Source: Chloroflexota bacterium (GTDB taxonomy: Bacteria; Chloroflexota; Anaerolineae; DUEN01). Taken from it: a stretch of DNA of 64,000 nucleotides. Location of the stretch: positions 24,558 through 88,557 of the forward strand of contig JAADGJ010000059.1 of assembly GCA_013152435.1 (NCBI GenBank), given 5' to 3'. The notes beneath the pieces are model-generated. The model was not told where the DNA came from. It saw only the letters and a list, made by a program, of their open reading frames with translations, and ran no database searches. Position numbers and translations under genes: made by a program. Below are positions 7,601 to 16,835 of this stretch, piece after piece; within the stretch, counting starts at the first letter, position 1, and every line of letters begins with the position of its first letter.

Positions 7601-10446
7601 ATGTCCACCTCGTTCGCCTCGGCGTCATGGACGATGGGCAAGGTAAATTTGAAGGTGCTGCCCTTTTGCGGCTCACTTTCGACCCAGATCCGACCACCGT
7701 GTGCCTCGATGATCCCCCGGCAGATGGCCAGGCCCAACCCGGTGCCCGGCTGATTCTGGTCCTCCGGTATCCGGAAGAACTCCTCAAAGATACGCTTGTG
7801 GAATTCCTGCGCGATGCCGACCCCCTGATCGGAGACGCTGACGGTCATCCAGTCCGTGTCGGCGGTCGCGCCGATCGCGATGGTGCTCCCGGCGGGGGAG
7901 TATTTGGCCGCGTTCTCGACCAGGTTGGAGAGCACCTGCCCAATGCGTTGGCGGTCCGCGAAAACCCTCGGCAGATCGGGCGGGAGGGTCACCTGCAATT
8001 GATGGGATTTGGCCAGCATATGAAGGCGCTCCATGACGTCCTCCAGGATCGCCTCCAGCGGACACGGCACCGGCTTCACCTCCAGGGTGCCGGATTCCAG
8101 ACGCGACATATCCAGCAGTTGGTCGATCAGCTCGGATAGCTTATCGCTCTCGTATTCGATGATGGACAGGAACTCCCGTTGGGAGGCCCTGTCCCATTCG
8201 ACGTCGTCTTGCAGCAGGGTGGAGGCGAATCCCTTGATCGAGGCCAGCGGGGAGCGTAGCTCGTGCGAGATCATCGCCAGGAAGGCGCTCTTCAGGCGAT
8301 CGGCCTCCTGGGCGCGCTCCAGGGCCGCTTGTAGCTCCTTGGTCTGGGCTGCCACTTTCGCCTCCAACACGGCGGAGTGGCGTTGGAGCGTGTTGTAAAG
8401 GCGCGCGTTGTGGATGGCCACGGCGGCGTGATTCGCGAACGCCTGTACCAGCTTCGCCTCCTGGGGATGAAATCCGTCCTCTCCCGACCGGCAGACCTCG
8501 ATGCACCCGATGACCTCCCCTTGCACCACCAGCGGGGCCTTCACCTGCGCGTGATTGGGGCAGGGGGACTCCGGCGCTCCTCGATCCCAGGAGCAGATGT
8601 GTGCCCTGTCCACGGTCATGTGGAGGCTCCCCTGCTGCCAATCCTCCTGTTGCATGTCCACACACGCGCGAATGCCGATCAGGTCTTCCAGGTAGGGGCA
8701 GCCTCGCGCGGCCACCGTGTATGTCTCATCCTCCTCCATCAGCATGATCAGCGCCCCATGATGATGGACGACGGCCGCCAGCCGCTCCAGGATCAGATCG
8801 AGCACCTGATGCAGATCGCGCACCTGGGCGATGGTGGCAGCGATCTCATTCAGTGCCTCCAGCTGCGTCTGTCGCGCTTCCATCTCCGCGAAGAGCCGGG
8901 CGTTCGTGATCGCGATGGCCACGTGATTGGCCAACAGGATCAAGGTCTCCCGCTCCGTCTCGGAGTATATGCGGCCCGCTTCGTCGCTGAAGGCCAGCAC
9001 GCCGATGGGATCCTGGCCCACCAGCAGCGGCACGAACAGGAAGGACCAGTCGGCGACCTCCTCCAGCCCGGGGTACGGGGTGTAGTAGGGTTCATCCCCC
9101 AGACGAGGGGTCATGATGGGACGTCGGGTTCGGAACGCGATCGGCAGGACCCCTTGGTTCAGGGGGAAGCGCATGGTGTGTAAGGGGAGGTCCCCCTGAT
9201 ACCCCTGTACCGCCTTCACGACCAGCTCGTTGTGCTCGGGGTCGTACAGGAGGAGCACCGTGCGAGGCACATGGGCCAGCTCGGAGGCGTATCGGGCGAT
9301 CTGGGTCGCCAGCAAGTCCCAGTCCAGGGTCGCGCTGAGCTGGGTGCTCATCTGCACCAGGGTCTGGAGTTGGTGCGCCCGACGTTCCATCTCCTGGCGC
9401 AGGCGTGCATTGTAGATGGCGATGGCCGCATGGCTGGCGAAGGTGCTCAGCAGTTCCACGTCGGCGGACCGGAATGGCCTGGCCCGTGCCCGCACGACGA
9501 GCAAAGCGCCCAGCTTCTGCCCGCGATGGATCAGGGACACGCAGAGGAGGGGGTGGTCCGTCTCCTCCAGGGCTTTCAGGGGAGAGAAACGCCCAGATTT
9601 CCTCGCCTTGACTGGGCTGATGATCGTATCCCCTGTGTTCGCCACGTATTTGACGATCTCTTCAGCGAGAACGGGATCCAGCAGGGAGGAGGTGGTGGAT
9701 GCGTTGGCCACGATGGCTCGCGTTTCGGCCTGGCCGTCCCCGTTCAGGTAGAGCGCGCTCTCCTCCGCCTGTAGCAGCCGGGCCGCGGCGTCGACCACGG
9801 CCTGTAACAGCTTGTCCAGGTCCTGCTCCGTGTTCAGTCGCTGTGCCAGGCGGCCGATGGTCGCCAACCGATCGGCACGCGCCTGGGCATCCTGAGCCAG
9901 GCGCGCGTTTTGGATGCCCGTGCCCATCTGTTGGCCGATGGTGGCGAGCAGGGAGAGATCCTTGGGGTTGAATCGTCGGTCGGAGAGGTAACCGATGGCG
10001 ATGGTGCCTATGGGGCGTCCTTGCGCGATCAGCGGGACGATGAGGGCGGCACGTGGAATGCCGTCTTTGATCTGATCCTGCTGGGAGACGAGGCCGGATT
10101 GCTGGGGGAGGTTCTCGATGAAAAGGGGCTCTCCCGTCCGCAACACGCGGGCGTGAAGGCTGTTCGGATGCTCGGCTGGGATCTCTCGGAACGCCTGGAC
10201 GAAATCCGCCGGATGGCCATGATGGGCCAGCATGCGTAGCGTGCGGGTCTCATCGTCCAGGACGAACACAACGCCCGCTTCGGCGTCAAACGCCTGGACG
10301 ACCGTCTTCAGCACCGCTTGGGCCAGCTCGGAGGGCTTCAGGGAGAAGGCGGTGATCCTGGCCGTTTGCATCAAGGCAGTTAAGGCATGGGAGCGTTGTC
10401 CTTGGGTGGTTCCTTGGTGCTTCACTTGGGGGATCTCAGCCGGCAC
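7597..10446 (-). CDS. multi-GAF sensor histidine kinase
   Basis: 949 aa with repeated GAF-like blocks (RLFAEMEARQTQLEALNEI, NARLRQEMERRAHQLQTL). HisKA H-box SHELRSPL and HATPase_c N/G boxes (LSNLVENAAKYS, DQGVGI, GTGLGLAICR) follow. GTG start with GAGGAGG RBS. Confidence 0.85.
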   Translation of the reverse strand: MPAEIPQVKHQGTTQGQRSHALTALMQTARITAFSLKPSELAQAVLKTVVQAFDAEAGVVFVLDDETRTLRMLAHHGHPADFVQAFREIPAEHPNSLHARVLRTGEPLFIENLPQQSGLVSQQDQIKDGIPRAALIVPLIAQGRPIGTIAIGYLSDRRFNPKDLSLLATIGQQMGTGIQNARLAQDAQARADRLATIGRLAQRLNTEQDLDKLLQAVVDAAARLLQAEESALYLNGDGQAETRAIVANASTTSSLLDPVLAEEIVKYVANTGDTIISPVKARKSGRFSPLKALEETDHPLLCVSLIHRGQKLGALLVVRARARPFRSADVELLSTFASHAAIAIYNARLRQEMERRAHQLQTLVQMSTQLSATLDWDLLATQIARYASELAHVPRTVLLLYDPEHNELVVKAVQGYQGDLPLHTMRFPLNQGVLPIAFRTRRPIMTPRLGDEPYYTPYPGLEEVADWSFLFVPLLVGQDPIGVLAFSDEAGRIYSETERETLILLANHVAIAITNARLFAEMEARQTQLEALNEIAATIAQVRDLHQVLDLILERLAAVVHHHGALIMLMEEDETYTVAARGCPYLEDLIGIRACVDMQQEDWQQGSLHMTVDRAHICSWDRGAPESPCPNHAQVKAPLVVQGEVIGCIEVCRSGEDGFHPQEAKLVQAFANHAAVAIHNARLYNTLQRHSAVLEAKVAAQTKELQAALERAQEADRLKSAFLAMISHELRSPLASIKGFASTLLQDDVEWDRASQREFLSIIEYESDKLSELIDQLLDMSRLESGTLEVKPVPCPLEAILEDVMERLHMLAKSHQLQVTLPPDLPRVFADRQRIGQVLSNLVENAAKYSPAGSTIAIGATADTDWMTVSVSDQGVGIAQEFHKRIFEEFFRIPEDQNQPGTGLGLAICRGIIEAHGGRIWVESEPQKGSTFKFTLPIVHDAEANEVDI

Positions 10447-10522
10447 AGGCCCTTGTCCTCCTCAGCAACCGTTCTGTATCCTTGCGATTCTCTGATCGAC
10501 ATAAGGCGGAAGTTTATCGATA

Positions 10523-10531
10523 TTATAACAC
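10523..10531 (-). promoter_or_regulatory. extended -10 box TGTTATAAT (minus strand) upstream of the kinase/regulator operon
   Basis: Minus-strand sequence aagttgTGtTATAATa lies in the only AT-rich stretch of the 10447-10760 spacer, about 75 nt upstream of the GTG start at 10446. Confidence 0.35.
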
Positions 10532-10974
10532 AACTTGCTGATCTGGTGAGTATGCGCCTCGGCGTGGATGCACTATCTGCGCCTCTCCAGGTCGGACGCT
10601 TTTGAACCCGGCCAACGAGAGCTGCGCCGTCGGGTTTCCGGGTCAGACGCTCTCCTTTCGGCTCACGACGAAGGGCAGAGCTATCTTACTTTCACTCTCA
10701 TGATAATATGGAAACCAAAATATCGTAACATAAAATCTGCTTGCTAGGGCTTACAACCTACTGACAACGGCGGCGCGTCCATGGATGAGATGGGCTGCGG
10801 CCTGTGAAGGGTCCAGAGGCGTATCTGGGAATCGAGCAGTCCGTGATGCCTTCCCTGCGTGAGTGGAGCTTCCATGCGCCACCCGCGGTGGTGTGAAGGC
10901 CGCCGCTGCTGCGTTTCGCTTGTTCGCGTGCTCAGGGGCCCAACGGGACCCCAAAGAGGTTTCCTGGAAATGCG

Positions 10975-12060
10975 CTAAGCGTGAGATCTGCGGTGTCGAT
11001 GGAGGAGGGATGCTTGTAGACGGTGTCGTCGTCGCATGATCTCCAGCACACGGGGCATGGCAAAGTTGTAAAAGCGATAGCCGGCCTGCGATACGGGATA
11101 GTCCCACGCGCCGATCCAGGCGGTGAATCGGCCTCCGAAGCCGGCCTTGAATCGATAGACGCCCCACATGGGATCGCTCTTTTCCAAGACGTCCGGCGCT
11201 CCCCAAAGATCGTATGTGGTACACCCCTGGGCGCGTGCCCAGCGGATGGCCTCCCACTGAAGCAGATGGTTGGGCATGCGGCGTCGCTCCCGGTGGGAGG
11301 AGGCCCCATAGAAGTACCAGGCGGTCGGACCGAATCGCAACAGGAAGATCCCGGCGATGGGCTGAGCTTCTACCTCCGCCAGCAGGAGATGGCCCTGTCC
11401 GGCCTCCAGAAACCGCTGCCACACGAACCGATAGTAAGGGAAGGGGCGGATCAGGAACCCGTCGCGCTGGCTGGTCTCCGCGTACAGGGCGTAGAAGGTG
11501 CCCAGATCGGCCGGGGTGCCCGCGCGCACGGTGACCCCTCGCCGTTGGGCCAGCCGGATATTATACCGCCATTTGGACTTCATCGCCAGCAGCAACGCCT
11601 CCTCGTCGGGGCGTAAATCGATGAGCAGGGTGTTCCGGAACTGGATCTGCTCGGCGGAGGGGCGCCACCCGCGCGCTTTCAGGAGCCTGCGCACCTCCTC
11701 TCCGGCGGGCGTGTCGGCGGGCACGTCCGGGTCGATCTTGACGAAGAGCACCCGTTGTCGTCGGGCCTCCGCTTCCAGGGCCTCCAGGGCTGCCTGGACG
11801 GCTTGCGGGTCCTCCCAATTCAGGGTTGGGCCTTTGGGCACATAGGCGATGCGGAAGGGAAGGCGGTTGAGGGCGCGAACCAGTAGCGCGATGGCCGCTA
11901 CAGGCGCCTCCTCGTTCGTGACCAGGAGCCGGTGGACCTGCCATCCCGTCTGGGTCTTGCACTCACCCCACAGCCAGCTCTGCAGGACGTGCGGCCGCGG
12001 CCATTGCAGGAGCGCCTCATCCCAGGCCTGAGGCTCGTCGATTCGCCGCACCGCGATCAT
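10975..12060 (-). CDS. FemAB-family aminoacyl-tRNA-dependent peptidoglycan bridge transferase, paralog 1
   Basis: The listed ORF 10975-12633 carries a spurious 191-aa Arg/Pro-rich N-terminal extension. The real start is taken as MIAVRRIDEP, overlapping the upstream paralog's stop as ATGA. It has a KSKWRYNIR motif and the FemAB fold. Confidence 0.7.
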   Translation of the reverse strand: MIAVRRIDEPQAWDEALLQWPRPHVLQSWLWGECKTQTGWQVHRLLVTNEEAPVAAIALLVRALNRLPFRIAYVPKGPTLNWEDPQAVQAALEALEAEARRQRVLFVKIDPDVPADTPAGEEVRRLLKARGWRPSAEQIQFRNTLLIDLRPDEEALLLAMKSKWRYNIRLAQRRGVTVRAGTPADLGTFYALYAETSQRDGFLIRPFPYYRFVWQRFLEAGQGHLLLAEVEAQPIAGIFLLRFGPTAWYFYGASSHRERRRMPNHLLQWEAIRWARAQGCTTYDLWGAPDVLEKSDPMWGVYRFKAGFGGRFTAWIGAWDYPVSQAGYRFYNFAMPRVLEIMRRRHRLQASLLHRHRRSHA

Positions 12061-13115
12061 GCTTCCCTCCGGCGTAGACGTCTGCCCACCCGATAGAGCG
12101 CGTATCCCGGACGGGAGAGCGGCTTTTCCCATGCGCCCATGAAGCGCACGATGCGCCCGCCGAACCCCTGCTTGAACCGGTAGACGCCCCACAGCCCGCC
12201 CCTCCGACCGACGTCGGAGGATGTGAACACCTCGGGGTTTCGGCCCACCTCGTCCGGGATGCCCCACAGATCGTACAGGCGACAGCCGCGGTCCCTGGCC
12301 CAACGCATGGCCGCCCATTGCAGCGCGTGGTTGGGCATGAGGTTTCGGCCCTGGCTGGCCGACGCCCCCCAGAAATACCACGCCCGGTCGCCGTGGGCGA
12401 GGACGACGATGGCGGCCAGCAGGTGCTCTTGGTGTTCGGCCAGCAGCCATGCGGCCTGTCCCGTGGGGGTGAAGAGGTCGTAGGCGGCCTCGTAATACGC
12501 GGCCGTGTGGATCCCGAAACCGTCTCGTCGGGCCGTCTCCTGCATGAGCGCGTACACGGCGGGAAGATCTTCCCGGGTGCCCGCGCGCACGGTGACCCCC
12601 TTCCGGGCGGAAAGGCGTATGTTGTATCGCCACTTGGACTTCATGCGGGCCAGCATCGCGTCGTCGTCATCGAGCTCGATCACGATGGTACTGCGGGGTT
12701 GGATGGGCTGGGGGGCCGGCCGCCACCCCCCTGCGCTCAGCGATGAGGCGGCCTCAGACCCATCCGGAAGATCTGGCTCCATCAGGAGCACGGCCGCGTG
12801 GGAGCGCCGCGCCATGGCCTCAAGGGCCCGCCATAGGGCGTGAACCTGATCGGGGCGTCCCCAGTCCACGATCGGCCCCTTGGGAATGTAGGCCAGCGTC
12901 TGTCCCCAGGGAAGCCGTCGGAACAGGATCTGGGCGCCGGCTGTGATCTCATCGCCATCGACCAGGGCCACGCGATGAACCCGCCAGCCGAAGCGGGCCT
13001 TGAGTTCGCCCCACAGGCGATGTTGCAGGATGTGCGCGTCCTTCCTGCGGGTAAGCCAGGCGTCCCATCTCTCATCGGGTAGATTCGCATCCAGGGTGGA
13101 AAGGGTCGTGGTCAT
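12057..13115 (-). CDS. FemAB-family aminoacyl-tRNA-dependent peptidoglycan bridge transferase, paralog 2
   Basis: Start taken at MTTTLSTLD. It shares KSKWRYNIRL, MPNHALQW, YDLWG and FKQGFGG blocks with paralog 1. Confidence 0.7.
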   Translation of the reverse strand: MTTTLSTLDANLPDERWDAWLTRRKDAHILQHRLWGELKARFGWRVHRVALVDGDEITAGAQILFRRLPWGQTLAYIPKGPIVDWGRPDQVHALWRALEAMARRSHAAVLLMEPDLPDGSEAASSLSAGGWRPAPQPIQPRSTIVIELDDDDAMLARMKSKWRYNIRLSARKGVTVRAGTREDLPAVYALMQETARRDGFGIHTAAYYEAAYDLFTPTGQAAWLLAEHQEHLLAAIVVLAHGDRAWYFWGASASQGRNLMPNHALQWAAMRWARDRGCRLYDLWGIPDEVGRNPEVFTSSDVGRRGGLWGVYRFKQGFGGRIVRFMGAWEKPLSRPGYALYRVGRRLRRREA

Positions 13116-13124
13116 GACGCGGGG

Positions 13125-13134
13125 AATTATACCA
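13125..13134 (-). promoter_or_regulatory. extended -10 box TGGTATAATT (minus strand) about 10 nt upstream of the FemAB ATG; probable leaderless transcript
   Basis: Minus-strand ccaTGgTATAATtccccgcgtcATG; there is no room for a Shine-Dalgarno site. Confidence 0.35.
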
Positions 13135-13218
13135 TGGCTATGGCCTCTCGAGCGAACGGCGGAAGCGGGATGTGCGATCGTATGTCGGGATGAGCCCCTC
13201 ACCCGCTTGATCGGGAGG

Positions 13219-13227
13219 TGGTATAAT
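13219..13227 (+). promoter_or_regulatory. extended -10 box TGGTATAAT for the plus-strand sugar-catabolic operon
   Basis: ggTGgTATAATacc lies about 70 nt upstream of the ATG at 13298 (AAGGAG RBS present). It is divergent from the FemAB promoter. Confidence 0.35.
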
Positions 13228-13297
13228 ACCTTGCAATCGGCCATCCGCTCGCGAAACGTGCGCCACATCGAGCCAGGTTCAGCAAGGAGACGTCACC

Positions 13298-14314
13298 ATG
13301 ACCCTCGAGTCATCCCCCAGGATCCTCGTCCTGTTGCGTCCCAGCCTGTACGATCTGCTCTTCCCGTCGGAGGCGGATCGGGTGCTGCGTGGGCTGGGGC
13401 GCGTGGTCTTCCATGATGAGGAGCGCGATCTCTCATCGGGTGAGCTGGCCCGTCGACTCCCCGGCTTTGATGTCGTCATCACCGGCTGGGGGACGCCGCC
13501 GTTCACCGACGAGGTGCTGGCCGCGGCCGACCGACTGCGACTGATCGCTCACTCCGCCGGCTCCGTCAAGCACATGCTCCCGCCGGCCGTCTTCGAACGG
13601 GGCATCGCCGTCACCCACGCGGCCTCGGCCATCGCCCCCGCCGTGGCCGAGATGTCCCTGCTTCTGGTGCTCCTCCTCCTTCGCCGGGTGCATCAGCTGG
13701 ATCGGATGCTGAAGGCGGGTGGGGAGTGGGCGGAGGCCAAGGCGCTGGGCATGGGGCGGGAGATCGCTGGCCTGCGCGTGGGCGTGATCGGCGCGGGGTA
13801 CACCGGCCGCAACTTGATCCGGATGCTCCGCGCGCTGGACGCCGAGGTGTGGGTGTATGATCCTTACCTCAGCGAGGAGCAGGCGGCGGAGCTGGGCGTG
13901 TGCAAGGTGGCGTTGGATGAGCTTCTTCAAGGTTGCCCCGTGGTGTCGTTGCAGGCGCCCTCCACCCAGGAGACTCACCACATGATCGGCGCGCGGGAGC
14001 TGAGCCTGCTTCAGGATGGCGCCATCCTCATCAACACCGCCCGATCGTGGCTGGTCGATCAGGAGGCGCTGCTGGCCGAGCTGCGGACGGGGAGGATCCA
14101 GGCCGCACTGGACGTGTTCGATCAGGAGCCATTGCCACCCGATCACCCGTTCCGGACGTTGGACAATGTCTTCCTGACGCCCCACGTCGCGGGAGCGACC
14201 ATCCAGGCTCGCCATCGGCAGGGGTGGACAGTGGTCGAGGAGGTGCGGCGCTTTCTGCGAGGGGAGCCGCTTCGGTATCCGGTCACGCGTGAAAAGCTGG
14301 ACATCATGGCGTAG
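13298..14314 (+). CDS. D-isomer-specific 2-hydroxyacid dehydrogenase family, NAD(P)-binding
   Basis: GVIGAGYTGRNLIRML Rossmann motif and the catalytic FLTPHVAGAT context. Confidence 0.8.
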   Translation: MTLESSPRILVLLRPSLYDLLFPSEADRVLRGLGRVVFHDEERDLSSGELARRLPGFDVVITGWGTPPFTDEVLAAADRLRLIAHSAGSVKHMLPPAVFERGIAVTHAASAIAPAVAEMSLLLVLLLLRRVHQLDRMLKAGGEWAEAKALGMGREIAGLRVGVIGAGYTGRNLIRMLRALDAEVWVYDPYLSEEQAAELGVCKVALDELLQGCPVVSLQAPSTQETHHMIGARELSLLQDGAILINTARSWLVDQEALLAELRTGRIQAALDVFDQEPLPPDHPFRTLDNVFLTPHVAGATIQARHRQGWTVVEEVRRFLRGEPLRYPVTREKLDIMA

Positions 14315-14329
14315 GGAAGGGGCGATCTC

Positions 14330-15292
14330 ATGGAGAGGATTCCCATCGCGTTCATCGGCGCGGGAGGGTTTGCCAACCGGGTGCATTATCCCTCCCTATC
14401 TGAGATGCCCGACGTGCGGCTGGTGGCCGTGTGCGATCTGGTCGCGGAGAAGGCCCAGGAGACGGCCGCCCGCTATGGCATCCCCCGGTGGTACACAGAC
14501 TACCGTGAGATGCTGGCCCGTGAGGAGGTGGAGGCCGTCTACGTCATCATGCCTCCTATGGGGCTGAGGCCGATCGTCGTGGACTGTCTGCGAGCGGGGA
14601 AACATGTGTTCATCGAGAAGCCGCCGGGATATCGGCTGGAGGACATCCGGGAGATGGCCCGGGTGGCCGCGGAGGAGGATCGCCTGGCCATGTTCGGCGT
14701 CAACCGCCGTTGGGCGCCCGTGGTGGTGGAGGCGCGCCGCCGCGTCCTAGAGCGCGGCCCGGCCACGTTGGTGATCGGCGAGTTCCACAAACATCATCTG
14801 GGGGATCGCCCATACTATGACTCCGAGAGCTGGCTGCGGATGGATACCATCCATACCGTGGACACGATTCAGTTCCTGGGCGGCCGGGTGGAGCGGCTCA
14901 TAGTCAACGCGCGTCGCCTTTACGACTCGGCGGCGACGAACAACTACACGGCCCTCTTCTCCTTCGACACGGGCGGCTGCGGCGTCCTGTGCGCCAACTA
15001 CGCCTCGGGCGCGCGCGTCGAGCGGTTTGAGATGCACGGCCGGGGCATCGCCGCCTATATCAGGGCGCCGCAGGTGGCGCGCATTTATCGCGACGGCAAC
15101 CTGGAGCCGGAGGTCCTGGACGGCCCCACGCTGGCCCAAAGCAACGCCTTCCATCACACCTATGGATACTTCCAGGAGAGTCGTCATTTCATCGGGTGCA
15201 TCCGGGAGGGGCGGCAGCCGGATACCAACTTCGCCTATGGGGTCGAGCTGATGGAGCTGCTATACGCCATCGATCGGGGAGGGACGATTTGA
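14330..15292 (+). CDS. Gfo/Idh/MocA-family oxidoreductase
   Basis: N-terminal IAFIGAGGFANRVHYPSL dinucleotide-binding motif, EKP motif and a C-terminal alpha/beta domain. Confidence 0.8.
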   Translation: MERIPIAFIGAGGFANRVHYPSLSEMPDVRLVAVCDLVAEKAQETAARYGIPRWYTDYREMLAREEVEAVYVIMPPMGLRPIVVDCLRAGKHVFIEKPPGYRLEDIREMARVAAEEDRLAMFGVNRRWAPVVVEARRRVLERGPATLVIGEFHKHHLGDRPYYDSESWLRMDTIHTVDTIQFLGGRVERLIVNARRLYDSAATNNYTALFSFDTGGCGVLCANYASGARVERFEMHGRGIAAYIRAPQVARIYRDGNLEPEVLDGPTLAQSNAFHHTYGYFQESRHFIGCIREGRQPDTNFAYGVELMELLYAIDRGGTI

Positions 15293-15315
15293 GCGAAAGG
15301 GATTCCGATGTTCGC

Positions 15316-16683
15316 GTGTTGGAGGTGGAGCCCTTCTTTTCCAGGGAGAGGGCTCGCGAGCCGTTGAAGTTCGGCGCGGTGGTCATGGCGGAGGTGACCT
15401 ACTGCCAGGTGCGCGCTCGCGTGGAGAATCGGCGCGGCCGGGTGGCCGACGGCTGGGGCGCCATCTTCCTGGCCGACTTCTGGGCGTTCCCGACGCCGCG
15501 GGTGGAGCATCCGGTGCGAGACCAGGCCATGCGCCGGATGACGGAGCGGTTCTGCCGTCGAGTCGCCGACCACAAAGGGTTCGCCCATCCCGTCGACATC
15601 TTCCTGGCCCTGGAGGGCGACCTGCGGACCATCGCGGCCGAGGTGTCCCAGGAGATGGCCCTGGCCGAGCCGCTGCCCTTCCTGGCCGCGCTGGTGTGCG
15701 CCTCCCCGGTGGATGCCGCCATCCACGACGCGTTCGGCGTGGTCAACGGCATCTCGACCTACGAGGGCTATGGGCCGGAGTTCATGGCGCACGACCTCAG
15801 CGCGTACCTGGGGCCGGACTTCCGCGGCCGCTATCTATCCGACTTCATCCGGCCGCAATACGCTCCGGAGATCCCCGTCTTCCACCTGGTGGGGGGCCTG
15901 GACAAGCTGCGGGAGTCGGAGGTGCCGCCGGACGCGCCGCAGGACGGGCTGCCCAACTCCCTGGATCGCTGGATCGAGCGGGATGAGTTGAAGTGCCTGA
16001 AGGTCAAGCTGCGTGGGAACGACCTGGACTGGGATCTGGATCGGATCCTGGACGTCTACCGGGTGGCCCGGGAGGTGCAGACGCGTCAAGGACGGGATGA
16101 GCTGTACCTGTCCGTCGACACCAACGAGCAGTGCGAGAGCCCGGCCTACATGGTCGAGCTGCTCCACCGGCTGCGGGAGGCATCGCCCGGGGCGTATGAC
16201 GCGCTGCTGTGCGTGGAGCAGCCCACCGAGCGGGACCTGCGGGCCCATCGCTTCGACATGCGGGAGCTGGCCACGCTGAAGCCGGTGATCGTGGACGAGA
16301 GCCTGACGGGATTGGAGGACATGGATCTGGCGTTGGATCTGGGGTGGTCGGGCGTGGCACTGAAAACGTGCAAGTGCCACAGCATGGCGCTGCTGGTGGC
16401 CGCCCGGGCGGAAGCGCTGGGAGTCCCGTACACGGTTCAGGACCTGACGAACCCCGGGCTGGCGTTGATCCACTCGGTGGGGCTGGCCGCCCGGCTGCAT
16501 CCCCTTATGGGTGTGGAGGCCAACTCTCGACAGTACTTCCCGGCCACATCGGAGCCGGAGGCCGCCGTTCATCCCAACGTCTTCTCTCGGCGGAGCGGCG
16601 TGGCCCGGACCGAGACCCTGCGCGGCCCTGGGCTGGGCTATCAGATCGAGCGGATTGACCGGCCCATCTTTCGATCGCAATGA
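15316..16683 (+). CDS. enolase-superfamily protein (mandelate racemase / muconate lactonizing enzyme-like)
   Basis: KVKLRG (KxK) motif and acidic metal-ligand contexts (LSVDTNE, VEQP, VDES). The exact start is uncertain; GTG 15316 was chosen just after the upstream stop. Confidence 0.6.
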   Translation: MLEVEPFFSRERAREPLKFGAVVMAEVTYCQVRARVENRRGRVADGWGAIFLADFWAFPTPRVEHPVRDQAMRRMTERFCRRVADHKGFAHPVDIFLALEGDLRTIAAEVSQEMALAEPLPFLAALVCASPVDAAIHDAFGVVNGISTYEGYGPEFMAHDLSAYLGPDFRGRYLSDFIRPQYAPEIPVFHLVGGLDKLRESEVPPDAPQDGLPNSLDRWIERDELKCLKVKLRGNDLDWDLDRILDVYRVAREVQTRQGRDELYLSVDTNEQCESPAYMVELLHRLREASPGAYDALLCVEQPTERDLRAHRFDMRELATLKPVIVDESLTGLEDMDLALDLGWSGVALKTCKCHSMALLVAARAEALGVPYTVQDLTNPGLALIHSVGLAARLHPLMGVEANSRQYFPATSEPEAAVHPNVFSRRSGVARTETLRGPGLGYQIERIDRPIFRSQ

Positions 16684-16835
16684 TGGATTACGGAGGACGA
16701 TGAACGGACGACGAAGGAGAAATGACGGGGGCCTATGAGGACCCTACCCCTCGTTCATCGTCTGTTGTCAACGAAGGGGACAACCGTGCGACTTGCGGCA
16801 AGGAAGGGGATATCCTCCGTGGAGGCGAAGTGTTC

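Noticed and set aside
10975-12633. 552-aa ORF implying a long N-terminal extension on the first Fem paralog
   Set aside because: The 191-aa extension is low-complexity Arg/Pro/Gly-rich and covers the paralogous gene in another frame. Starting at MIAVRR gives a protein collinear with its neighbour and an ATGA overlap.
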